The notes under the pieces: model-generated | Database searches by the model: none | Told to the model about the DNA's origin: nothing | Seen by the model: the letters and a program-made list of their open reading frames with translations, nothing else | Translations under genes and position numbers: made by a program | In this document: positions 10,551 through 19,600 of the stretch, one piece after another | Numbering within the stretch: position 1 is the stretch's first letter | How the letters are laid out: the number at the start of each line of letters is the position of its first letter | Origin: Bacteroidota bacterium | Lineage (GTDB): Bacteria; Bacteroidota; Bacteroidia; CAILMK01; JAAYUY01 | Length of the DNA stretch: 64,000 nucleotides | Reading direction: 5' to 3' | Assembly (NCBI GenBank): GCA_016776505.1 | Contig: JADHTG010000002.1 | Location: 13,852-77,851, forward strand

Positions 10551-11314
10551 AGGTTTTGATCATAGAAGATGAAGTTCTGGCAGCCAGTAGGCTTAGCAAA
10601 ATGCTTGGAGAAATTAATTCTCAAATTGAGATTACAGATGTAATTGATAGCATTGGATCAGCCCTTAAATGGTTTAAAAAGAATAAAGAACCCGACTTGC
10701 TTTTTCTTGATATTCAGCTTTCTGACGGACTCAGCTTCAAAATATATGAGCAACATAAATTTGAGTGTCCGGTGATTTTTACCACGGCTTTTGACGAATA
10801 TGCAATCAAAGCTTTTGAAATGAATAGCATTGATTACTTATTAAAACCAATACATAAAAACAAACTGCAGTCAGCATTGAATAAGTTTTTTAACTTGCAG
10901 GATAGATATGGAAAAGATGAATTAAATCTGAAACTGGAAGAATTAATAAAAAAGTATAAACCTGAACAAAGCAGTTATAAAAGCCGGTTTCTGGTCAATA
11001 AGGGAAACACATTAGTCCCTGTTGGTCTTGGTGAAATAGCCTATTTTTTTACGAATGAAGGTTTTGTGAGCATCAAAACAAAAGAGGATAAGAATTTCCT
11101 TGTTAACCACAGCATGGATGAATTAGAGCATTTACTGGATCCTCAAAAATTTTTCAGGGTCAATAGACAATTCCTTATTTCTACTGATTGCATTTCAAAA
11201 ATCCATCCGTATTTTAATTATAAACTGAAGCTTGAATTATTTCCGGCTAATGAAAAAGAACTCATCATCCCTAAACAAAAAGTGAGTGATTTCAAGTCCT
11301 GGTTAAATAGCTGA
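10547..11314 (+). CDS. LytTR-family response regulator
   Basis: Start MKVLIIEDE overlaps the kinase stop (ATGA); a receiver domain with a conserved aspartate in LFLDIQLSDG; a C-terminal LytTR DNA-binding domain. Confidence 0.85.
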   Translation: MKVLIIEDEVLAASRLSKMLGEINSQIEITDVIDSIGSALKWFKKNKEPDLLFLDIQLSDGLSFKIYEQHKFECPVIFTTAFDEYAIKAFEMNSIDYLLKPIHKNKLQSALNKFFNLQDRYGKDELNLKLEELIKKYKPEQSSYKSRFLVNKGNTLVPVGLGEIAYFFTNEGFVSIKTKEDKNFLVNHSMDELEHLLDPQKFFRVNRQFLISTDCISKIHPYFNYKLKLELFPANEKELIIPKQKVSDFKSWLNS

Positions 11315-11443
11315 ATATCCTTTAATAAGACGAGCCGAGCTGTTCATAATATGAACATTAATTCAGTTAATGCGAAGAAATATTTATTAAGAATGTAAAT
11401 AAATTAAAACATATTGTATAATTTTGGAAGACAATTATTGATT

Positions 11444-11962
11444 ATGGCTCATATTGGAATATTTTATGGTTCATCACATGGCCATGTGGAAAATATTGCC
11501 CAGGAATTGCAATTGTTGTTTGGGATCGAAAACGCTGATATTATAAACATCAGGGATGCAAACAAGCAGGATCTCGAATCATATAATTACTTGATTTTTG
11601 GATGTTCTACCCGTGACAAGGGAAAAATACAGGAAGATTGGGAATTCAAATTCAATTTGCTCAGCGAGATCAATTTCAGGGGTAAAAAAATAGCTTTGTT
11701 CAGCCTGGGCGATCAAAGGCATTATCCAGAATCATTCGTTGACGGCATGGGGATATTATATGATAAGCTGAATGAAAATGATGTCAAAATTATTGGGAAC
11801 TGGTATCCTTATGGGTATATTTTCAAAAAATCTAAAGCCTTTAAACATGGTTCTTTTGTTGGTTTGGCTCTGGATGAGCAGTTTCAGCACAGTGTCACCA
11901 AAGACAGGTTGCAAAAATGGACAGATTATTTGAAAAGTCAGTTTAATATATCCGCAAATTAA
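11444..11962 (+). CDS. flavodoxin (long-chain)
   Basis: MAHIGIFYGSSHGHVENIAQ flavodoxin FMN-binding loop; about 172 aa from the ATG at 11444. Confidence 0.8.
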   Translation: MAHIGIFYGSSHGHVENIAQELQLLFGIENADIINIRDANKQDLESYNYLIFGCSTRDKGKIQEDWEFKFNLLSEINFRGKKIALFSLGDQRHYPESFVDGMGILYDKLNENDVKIIGNWYPYGYIFKKSKAFKHGSFVGLALDEQFQHSVTKDRLQKWTDYLKSQFNISAN

Positions 11963-12431
11963 AAACCTTCCTGCAAAAATTGACGATTAAGGGAAAATTT
12001 GATGACCAAACAAATGTTTTCTCACGATGAAGCTAATCAGGCTAAACAGACCTGAATAAAGCATTCTGACAGGCAAGCCTGAATCTCTTCCATTAGTTTA
12101 ATAACCAGCTTCATTTACACGCATATCAATGTAAAGTTCTCTTTTTACTTGTTGAATGAATCGCCAGCTTATCGAAAACTAAAAGATATATTTTGCTAAA
12201 ACAAGCATCTTCCTTCCATCATATTTGACAAATTAATCGTGCATCTGCCCACTTTATTCACATTGTATTCATAAAAAATATTTGCAATCCGCTTTCTTTT
12301 AATATTATCTTTACTTCATTAAAACTTTTCCAATTCATGTGTAAACAAGTTGTGAAAAGTTGAATTAATTTTTCCGTTATTATTTTACTTATATCTATTA
12401 TGTAAATAGCGGATAAAGAAATCAATTATAT

Positions 12432-15400
12432 ATGCATGTCAAAATCATGAAATCAACTGCATTTTTATTTTGTTGTTTTTTATCGGTTTTGTTTACATCC
12501 AATGCACAAAATTTCAATGAAATTGTAAAAGCCGTTGCAACAGACAGAGCTGCTAATGATCAATATGGAGTTTCCGTTTCCGTATCCGGGGATTATGCTA
12601 TTGTTGGGGCTTTTGGGGAAGATGAAGATTCTTCCGGATCAAATACAGAAACTGCTGCAGGATCAGCCTATATCTTAAAATACAGTGCCGGAACCTGGTC
12701 CCAACATCAAAAAATTGTGGCATCTGACAGGAAATCAAATGATTATTTTGGATTTGCAGTTGCCATATCCGGAGATTATGCAATTATCGGCGCCTATGCA
12801 GATGATGAGGACTCTTCAGGAGCTAATTATATACCAAGTTCTGGTTCTGCTTATATTTTTAAAAACTGTTCCGGTACCTGGTATCAGGTTCAAAAAATTG
12901 TCGCAACCGACAGAGGATTATTGGATTATTTTGGACGTTCAGTTGCCATAAACGGAGATTATGCAATTGTCGGCTGTGAGTATGAAGATGAAGATGAAGC
13001 AGGTGCAGATACCAAAACTTCTTCAGGCTCAGCCTATGTTTATAAAAATTGTTCTGGTACATGGTATCAAGTTGAAAAAGTAGTAGCATCCGACAGGGCA
13101 GTTGAAGATTATTTTGGTAAATCAGTTGCCATATACGGAGATTATGCCATTGTTGGAGCCTGGGAGGAAGATGAGGATGTGTCCGGAAGTAATACCATGG
13201 ATGGTTCAGGTTCTGCCTATATTTTTAAAAACAATTCAGGTACCTGGTCCCAGCTGCAAAAAATTGTTGCATCCGACAGGGCAGTTGAAGATTTTTTTGG
13301 CAATTCTGTTGCTATTTCAGGAGATTATGCCCTGATTGGTGCCTATGGGGAGGATCATGATGGGTCTGGAAATAACAGCTTAGATGAATCTGGTTCAGTC
13401 TATATTTTTAAAAACAATTCAGGTACCTGGTCCCAGCTGCAAAAAATTGTTGCAACCGACAGGGATTCATTTGATTATTTTGGATTTTCGCTTGCTATTT
13501 CCGGTAATTATGCCGTTGTAGGAGCTTATTATGAAGATTATGTATATGGATCAGATACATCCTTTGAATCCGGTTCCGCCTATATTTTCAAACTCATTTC
13601 AGGAAGCTGGAAACAAGTACAAAAATTTCTTACTTATGACAGAGAAAGCGATGATAATTTCAGTTATTCCCTGAGTATGGACGGGAATTATATTCTTGCC
13701 GGGGCTCGTTATGAAGATGAAGATGCATCCGGAGCAAACACACTATCTGATGCTGGTTCTGCTTATGTTTTTTATAATTGTCACAATGATGCTCTTAGTT
13801 TTAACGGGAGCACTAATTATGTAGATATCGGGATCGGTCCAACATCTGTAAAAACAATAGAAGCATGGGTTAACATGGCTACCAACACGGAGTATATAAT
13901 CGATTTGAATGGTTCATCTTATATCTATGCCAGTTCCGGAACTGTAACTACTTCAGGAATCACCAGTCCGACCATTTATGTAAATGGAGTTCAAACAAGT
14001 TCAATTGCTTCCGGCACCTATCAACACATTGCAGTTACCACTTCAACGGCTGTGAATGCGAGCAATTTTGATGTGGGCAGAGTAGGTTCAAATTATTATT
14101 CAGGCAAAATAGACGAAGTGAGATTATGGGATGATGTAAGGTCACAATCTGAGATCAATGAATATTTGTATAATGAATTATTGGGAAATGAATCCAATTT
14201 GCTTGCATATTATAAAATGTCGAATGGAAGCGGAAGCAGTTTAGCTGATGATCAGACTTCAGGTTCTTATGATGGCAGCTTGATAAACAGTCCGGGTTGG
14301 GTCACCTCAGGTTGTTTTTCAGATGGACGAAACTGTCTTTACTTTGATGGAAGCAATGATTATGTCAATATTCCATCGGTCAGCTGGTCAGCAATTGGAA
14401 CGAATGACTTTTCCATTGAAGCCTGGATCTATCCGGTAGTCCTAACAGGTAGTGTCAGGTTGGTACTTTGTGATAATACCGAGGATAATTTTCAATTTAA
14501 TTTATCATCCGGTGGTTCCACATTACAAATGTTCATCAATACGACTGCCACATCCTCAAACAGCCTTTCATGGAATCTGAATCAATGGTATCATATTGCT
14601 GTAACCAGAAATAGCGGAACCATCTCTTTCTACAGGGATGGCATATACATAGGGGGAGGATCAAATACGGGAAGTATCGCTTCTTCCTCATCCCTGAATA
14701 TGGGCTACAGAAATTATGAGAGTGATTATCCCTTCAATGGGATGATAGATGAAGTCCGTATATGGAGCATATCACGAACTGCAGAAGAAATCCGTGAAAA
14801 TATGGGAAAAACATTATGCGGAAGAGAAAAAGGCTTGCTTGCCTATTACCGTTTTGATTATGGAACTCCCGGAGGATCAAATTCAGCTTTGTCGACATTA
14901 TATGACATTACATCAAATGATAATAATGGCAGCTTAACCAACTTTGCCTTAAGTGGCAGTTCATCCAACTGGGTGAGCTCAACTGCCTTTAATACATGGC
15001 TTGGGAGCGAAGGAACTAACTGGGCTTCAGACAATAACTGGAGTTCAGGATCTGAACCGGTTTCAACAGACCATGTATTTATAAGTGCTTCTTCTGCCAA
15101 TTATCCAGTACTAAGCTCTTCTTCAAGTATTAAGGACCTGATTGTGTCAACCGGATCTCAACTAACTATTAATGCGGGAGGTAGTCTGACCGTCTCTGAC
15201 AACATAATCAATAACAGCGGTACTAACGGGGTGATAATAAATTCCACTGCCTCCGGAAGCGGATCGATCATAAGCAGCAGCAGTATACCTGCCAATGTGA
15301 AGAGATATGTAGCAGTAGGGACAAGTGCAAAAAATCACTTCTTCTCCTCTCCCATTTCCGATGGAACAATCGCTTCTATTTTCGGAAGTGCCAGTTATGG

Positions 15401-16595
15401 CAGCTACAATACCTATGAATTCAATATTTCGTCACAATTATTTGTCAGGAATTTTCCATCTGCCAACATGACCCCCGGACTGGGATATGTGACTGCATAT
15501 GCACACACTTCCTCCACACCCTTAACGAATAGTTTTGCTGGTAGCTTGAATTCCGGGACCGTATCTCCTACTATTTCTGGTACTGATCAGTATTGGAATC
15601 TGATAGGTAATCCCTATCCCTGTGCTGTTGACCTGACAGATGCAACCAATGGCTTTCTCAAAAGTGCAAATAATAACAATATCACAGGAACAGCCTATTT
15701 CTGGATAGACGATGGCACTGAAGGAAGTGGATATACAACGGCTGATTATGCAACTATAAACAGTGCAGGATCCACAGGTTCAGCTAATGGTGAAACCCCT
15801 TCACAATATGTCGGAACAGGCCAGGGCTTTTTTGTACAAAGCAATGGAAACGGTTCAAGCGTCAGTTTCACTGCAGCCATGAAAGTTGCCGGAAACAATA
15901 GCCAGTTTTTTGTACCGGATCCTGTGACTTTCCAAAGAATAAGACTCAGTGTTACAGACAGCAATAACAATTACAACGAAATACTCCTGGCCTTTATTGA
16001 GGATGCTTCCTGGGGTTTTGATCATGATTATGATGGCAGAAAATTAAAAGGAAATCCTGAATTATCCTTTTATTCCTTAATGAAAGACGACACCAATGGC
16101 TATGCTATACAGGGATTCCCTTCATTTCAGAAAGGAATGGTGATTCCCGTTGGATTGGATGCTCATGTAGGTGGTGAATATAATCTGAAATTGAAAGAGA
16201 TGGAGAATTTCGGTTACCAGAAAGTATACCTGAAAGACAAGTTTTTTAATAAAATAACAGATTTAACGGATAGCAGGGAATACACCTTTATAAGTCCAAA
16301 AGGGACTTTTAAAAACAGGTTTGAAATTTTATTCAGCCTGACCAATCACATAGCAGGAGCAGATAATAATGAAATTTCAGTTTTTTCAGTTGGAAACAGC
16401 ATTTTCATCTGCAATCAGGATAAATCTGAGCTGGATGTACAGGTATTTGATATGCTGGGTAAACTACACTTTGAAAGAAACATATCTGACAGTGGATTTC
16501 ATTCCTTTGAGATCGGAGGAAAAACCGGATATTATGTTATAAAAGTGAAGAGTGGAAATGAAATCTTTTCACGCAAGCTTTTGATTCAGAAATAG
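12432..16595 (+). CDS. large secreted T9SS cargo protein: 7-blade FG-GAP-like beta-propeller, two LamG/ConA-like lectin domains, a beta-helix-like region and a C-terminal Por-secretion sorting domain
   Basis: Signal peptide; seven blades of the form DYFGxSVAISGDYAIVGA...SGSAYIFKNxSGTWxQxQKIVASDR; LamG motifs LYFDGSNDYVNIP and DEVRLWDD/DEVRIWS; C-terminal sorting-domain tail YYVIKVKSGNEIFSRKLLIQK. Confidence 0.8.
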   Translation: MHVKIMKSTAFLFCCFLSVLFTSNAQNFNEIVKAVATDRAANDQYGVSVSVSGDYAIVGAFGEDEDSSGSNTETAAGSAYILKYSAGTWSQHQKIVASDRKSNDYFGFAVAISGDYAIIGAYADDEDSSGANYIPSSGSAYIFKNCSGTWYQVQKIVATDRGLLDYFGRSVAINGDYAIVGCEYEDEDEAGADTKTSSGSAYVYKNCSGTWYQVEKVVASDRAVEDYFGKSVAIYGDYAIVGAWEEDEDVSGSNTMDGSGSAYIFKNNSGTWSQLQKIVASDRAVEDFFGNSVAISGDYALIGAYGEDHDGSGNNSLDESGSVYIFKNNSGTWSQLQKIVATDRDSFDYFGFSLAISGNYAVVGAYYEDYVYGSDTSFESGSAYIFKLISGSWKQVQKFLTYDRESDDNFSYSLSMDGNYILAGARYEDEDASGANTLSDAGSAYVFYNCHNDALSFNGSTNYVDIGIGPTSVKTIEAWVNMATNTEYIIDLNGSSYIYASSGTVTTSGITSPTIYVNGVQTSSIASGTYQHIAVTTSTAVNASNFDVGRVGSNYYSGKIDEVRLWDDVRSQSEINEYLYNELLGNESNLLAYYKMSNGSGSSLADDQTSGSYDGSLINSPGWVTSGCFSDGRNCLYFDGSNDYVNIPSVSWSAIGTNDFSIEAWIYPVVLTGSVRLVLCDNTEDNFQFNLSSGGSTLQMFINTTATSSNSLSWNLNQWYHIAVTRNSGTISFYRDGIYIGGGSNTGSIASSSSLNMGYRNYESDYPFNGMIDEVRIWSISRTAEEIRENMGKTLCGREKGLLAYYRFDYGTPGGSNSALSTLYDITSNDNNGSLTNFALSGSSSNWVSSTAFNTWLGSEGTNWASDNNWSSGSEPVSTDHVFISASSANYPVLSSSSSIKDLIVSTGSQLTINAGGSLTVSDNIINNSGTNGVIINSTASGSGSIISSSSIPANVKRYVAVGTSAKNHFFSSPISDGTIASIFGSASYGSYNTYEFNISSQLFVRNFPSANMTPGLGYVTAYAHTSSTPLTNSFAGSLNSGTVSPTISGTDQYWNLIGNPYPCAVDLTDATNGFLKSANNNNITGTAYFWIDDGTEGSGYTTADYATINSAGSTGSANGETPSQYVGTGQGFFVQSNGNGSSVSFTAAMKVAGNNSQFFVPDPVTFQRIRLSVTDSNNNYNEILLAFIEDASWGFDHDYDGRKLKGNPELSFYSLMKDDTNGYAIQGFPSFQKGMVIPVGLDAHVGGEYNLKLKEMENFGYQKVYLKDKFFNKITDLTDSREYTFISPKGTFKNRFEILFSLTNHIAGADNNEISVFSVGNSIFICNQDKSELDVQVFDMLGKLHFERNISDSGFHSFEIGGKTGYYVIKVKSGNEIFSRKLLIQK
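12561..13797 (+). repeat. seven intragenic tandem repeats of about 180 nt (propeller blades) with stretches of about 50 nt identical between copies
   Basis: For example, TTTTTAAAAACAATTCAGGTACCTGGTCCCAGCTGCAAAAAATTGTTGCA occurs identically at about 13221 and about 13401. Confidence 0.85.
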
Positions 16596-16652
16596 GAATT
16601 TGTCATCATCATTAAGACGATTCCAAGCAGAAATCCTGCTTTGCAGGAAGAA

Positions 16653-16747
16653 TTGCTGACCGACCAGGGGTCCCCGCCCGACCGCCTGCTATACGTATCT
16701 CAATCATTTAATTATAAAAAGGTCAGGCGGGCGGGGAACCTGGACTC
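16653..16747 (-). pseudogene. partial duplicate of the tRNA-Gln(CTG) 3' half (variable loop, T-arm and acceptor 3' strand) split in the T-loop by a 63-nt GC-rich palindromic insert
   Basis: Minus strand reads GAGTCCAGGTTC, then CCCGCCCGCCTGACC...GGCGGTCGGGCGGG, then GACCCCTGGTCGGTCAGCAA. The two flanks are identical to tRNA-Gln(CTG) nt 43-73 at 17030-17061. Confidence 0.65.
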
Positions 16748-16986
16748 CTCATGAGCTTTGATTTGATAAATCGTCTTCCTGCTCCGCTTTTAAAATATTT
16801 CTCTCTTGTAATAGCTTTTTCACGGCTTGCATATTCCTCAAAATAATAAATCTCCCAGGGTATAAATGCTTTGGTGGATTTGACTCTGCCTGCATTGTGC
16901 TCAGATAAACGGTTTTTAAGGTTTTCACAATGTCCTTTATAGTAACGATTAAATTTCACGCTATATATTACGTATGCAAAAAACAT
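16723..16986 (-). CDS. GIY-YIG nuclease family protein (87 aa, free-standing)
   Basis: MFFAYVIYSVKFNRYYKGHCENLKNRLSEHNAGRV...PWEIYYFEEYASREKAITREKYFKSGAGRRFIK matches the GIY-YIG catalytic domain. The start was chosen at the M just downstream of the tRNA terminator hairpin. The last 8 codons and the TGA stop lie inside the duplicated tRNA fragment. Confidence 0.8.
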   Translation of the reverse strand: MFFAYVIYSVKFNRYYKGHCENLKNRLSEHNAGRVKSTKAFIPWEIYYFEEYASREKAITREKYFKSGAGRRFIKSKLMRSPGSPPA

Positions 16987-17029
16987 TATTAAAAAACCAA
17001 TCAGAAATTGTAGATTGGGTGAGGATTTG

Positions 17030-17102
17030 CTGACCGACCAGGGGTCGAACCTGGACTCTTCTGATCCAGAATCAGATGTGTTGCCTGTTACACCATCGGT
17101 CA
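17030..17102 (-). tRNA. tRNA-Gln (anticodon CTG)
   Basis: Manual cloverleaf: acceptor TGACCGA/TCGGTCA, D-arm GTGT-AACAGGCA-ACAC, anticodon arm TCTGA-TTCTGGA-TCAGA (anticodon CUG), T-arm CCAGG-TTCGACC-CCTGG, discriminator G; 73 nt, CCA not encoded. Confidence 0.85.
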
Positions 17103-17121
17103 ATAAAGAACAAAAAATTAG

Positions 17122-17193
17122 CTGACCCACAAGGACTTGAACCTTGAATTCCAGAACCAAAATCTGGCGTGTTGCCAATTACACCATGGGTCA
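17122..17193 (-). tRNA. tRNA-Gln (anticodon TTG)
   Basis: Acceptor TGACCCA/TGGGTCA, anticodon arm CCAGA-TTTTGGT-TCTGG (anticodon UUG), T-arm CAAGG-TTCAAGT-CCTTG, 72 nt. A Bacteroidetes-type -33 TTG / -7 TAATTTTG promoter lies just upstream, at 17200-17245 on the minus strand. Confidence 0.85.
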
Positions 17194-17387
17194 TTAAAAG
17201 CGAGTGCAAAATTAGCAAGATTCAATAAGTTACCCAAACAATTTTTTCGATGGATTTTTATTCAAAATCTCCTGTCCGTTTTCAAAGAGCAGATCTAAAA
17301 ACACCTTGTTCCCCCTTCTTTATTTATAGAGAAGGCTGGCTTGAGTTGTTTTAGAAAGCTTTTTAGAGATGCTCTAAAAATCTCTTT

Positions 17388-18953
17388 TTATTTTGCAAAT
17401 GCAACCGATCTTTTCTCCCGGATCACAGTGATCTTAATCTGTCCCGGATAAGTCATTGTTTCCTGGATCTTTTGTGATATATCTTCAGACAGGGTATCAG
17501 AATCTGTATCTGAAACACGCTCACTTTGCACCATCACCCGCAGCTCCCGTCCGGCCTGGATGGCATATGCCTTAATAACACCTTCGTGCGACATAGCCAC
17601 ATTTTCCAGGTCTTTGAGTCTCTTGATATAAGATTCAAAGATCTCTCTTCTGGCACCTGGCCGTGCACCTGAAAGGGCATCACACACCTGTACTATCGGT
17701 GCAAGTAAGGTGGTCATCTCCAGCTCATCATGATGGGATCCAATTGCATTCACAACGGAAGGATGCTCCTTAAATCGCTCGGCAATGCGGGAACCTAAAA
17801 CAGCATGCGGAATTTCAGGATCTTCATCCGACACTTTGCCTATATCATGCAGCAAACCGGCCCTTTTAGCCTGTTTCGCATTTAATCCCAGCTCGCCAGC
17901 CATGATAGCACACAGATTGGCCACTTCCCTGCTGTGCTGCAAGAGGTTTTGTCCGTAAGACGACCTGTATTTCATCCGACCTACTAATTTGATCAATTCA
18001 GGATGTAGTCTCTGAATCCCCAGATCCATACAGGTTTTTTCACCCACTTCTACCAATTCATCATCAATTTGCTTGGTCGTTTTTGTTACCACTTCCTCAA
18101 TGCGGGCAGGATGAATGCGTCCATCCGTTACCAGTTTATGCAAGGATAACCTGGCTATCTCCCTGCGAACGGGATCAAATCCTGAAAGGACAATGGAATC
18201 GGGGGTGTCATCCACAATTATTTCCACTCCGGTTGCAGATTCCAATGCCCTGATATTTCGCCCTTCCCGACCTATAATACGACCTTTTATTTCTTCATTC
18301 TCAATCGGGAAAACAGAAACACAGTTTTCCACAGCCTGTTCAACAGCTACACGTTGAATGGAAATTAAAACAATTCTCCTGGCCTCTTTATTAGCCGTGA
18401 GTTTTGCTTCATCGGTAATTTCTTTGATCATCGATTTTGCCTCGTCTCTGGCATCCGCCTTCAGACTTTCAATCAACTGTGATTTTGCCACTTCAGCAGA
18501 CATTCCTGCCACTTTTTCCAGCTGATCTACCTGCATTTGATGCAATTTTTCCAATTCCTCTTTTTTCCTGATATTGATAGCCAGTTGACGGTCAAGATCT
18601 TCTTTTAATTGCATGATCTCATTTTCCTTACGCAGGTTGTCTTCCGCTTTTCTTCTTAAATTGAGCTCCTTGTCTTTTAATTTATTGATGTTTGAATTTA
18701 ATACTTTGTTTTTGTTTTGGATTTCGCGTTCGTGATGGGATTTCATCTGCAGGTACTTTTCTTTTGCTTCCAGCAATTTATCCCTGCGAATGATTTCTGC
18801 CTTTTCCTCTGCTTCTTTAAGAATATTCTTAGTTTTATTGTTCAGATCAGATTCCTGTTGTTTAAGCTTACCGGCCAATAGTTTTCGTCCTAGAAAAATT
18901 CCGCCAGGCAATGCAACACCAAATCCGATTAATAATGGAATGATAGCGCCCAT
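17388..18953 (-). CDS. rny: ribonuclease Y
   Basis: 521 aa; N-terminal TM helix, coiled-coil, KH domain ([15 protein letters not shown]) and HD domain (LLHDIGK). Confidence 0.93.
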   Translation of the reverse strand: MGAIIPLLIGFGVALPGGIFLGRKLLAGKLKQQESDLNNKTKNILKEAEEKAEIIRRDKLLEAKEKYLQMKSHHEREIQNKNKVLNSNINKLKDKELNLRRKAEDNLRKENEIMQLKEDLDRQLAINIRKKEELEKLHQMQVDQLEKVAGMSAEVAKSQLIESLKADARDEAKSMIKEITDEAKLTANKEARRIVLISIQRVAVEQAVENCVSVFPIENEEIKGRIIGREGRNIRALESATGVEIIVDDTPDSIVLSGFDPVRREIARLSLHKLVTDGRIHPARIEEVVTKTTKQIDDELVEVGEKTCMDLGIQRLHPELIKLVGRMKYRSSYGQNLLQHSREVANLCAIMAGELGLNAKQAKRAGLLHDIGKVSDEDPEIPHAVLGSRIAERFKEHPSVVNAIGSHHDELEMTTLLAPIVQVCDALSGARPGARREIFESYIKRLKDLENVAMSHEGVIKAYAIQAGRELRVMVQSERVSDTDSDTLSEDISQKIQETMTYPGQIKITVIREKRSVAFAK

Positions 18954-19019
18954 GATTATATATTAAGTATTTATAAAAATGCTTAGCCGCTACACGGGCA
19001 AAATGAAGTATATTGTCTT

Positions 19020-19304
19020 TTATGACAATGAAAGAAGTGACTCTATATCAATAAGTTGTTTTTTTAATGTATCATATTCCACGGCATTCCTGGAATCAGA
19101 ATTCAGAGATTCTGACATGATTTCCAATGCACACATGGAAAGTGCTGCTTGCTTATCCTTTATGGAGTATTGCTCAATATATAAATTGACCTTTTTGTTA
19201 ATTAATTCAGCAGCTTTCCTGATATTCTCCTCCTCTTCTGCATATACTTTCAGAGGATAAATACGATCTGCTATATTTACTTTTATTGAGATTTGATCTT
19301 TCAT
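19020..19304 (-). CDS. zapA: cell division protein ZapA
   Basis: 94 aa; the opening ISIKVNIADRIYPLKVYAEEEENIRKAAELINKKV matches the ZapA family. Confidence 0.8.
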   Translation of the reverse strand: MKDQISIKVNIADRIYPLKVYAEEEENIRKAAELINKKVNLYIEQYSIKDKQAALSMCALEIMSESLNSDSRNAVEYDTLKKQLIDIESLLSLS

Positions 19305-19315
19305 TCACTTCGTCC

Positions 19316-19600
19316 CTAGCCTTTTAGTAGCTCTAAACCTTTGTCGATTTCAGTTATTAGTTCGTTTATAGTTGATTTTAATTTTGCTTTGTCTTCCAAT
19401 TCAAATGTATTCGAGAATTGCAAATTTAAACTTTTATTTTCTAATTCCTTAATTCGCAATTCAGCACGCTCATGCTCCTCTTTAAGAGCAATTACCTGGC
19501 TAATTAATTCCTCATTTTCAGCACTTAATTCCTTATATTGAGTAACTAATTGCTCAGCTTTAATCTGAAGCCTTTTAATAATCTCTTCCAGGTTTTTCAT
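19316..19600 (-). CDS. coiled-coil protein (ZapB-like, putative ZapA partner)
   Basis: 94 aa, entirely heptad-repeat coiled coil. It overlaps the pheT stop by 4 nt and directly precedes zapA. Confidence 0.5.
   Translation of the reverse strand: MKNLEEIIKRLQIKAEQLVTQYKELSAENEELISQVIALKEEHERAELRIKELENKSLNLQFSNTFELEDKAKLKSTINELITEIDKGLELLKG

Noticed and set aside
16723-17178. 151-aa ORF-track call on the minus strand spanning both tRNA-Gln genes
   Set aside because: Its N-terminal 64 residues are antisense translations of the tRNAs and the terminator hairpin. Only the C-terminal 87 aa (from the ATG at 16986) form the GIY-YIG domain, so the gene was trimmed to 16723..16986.
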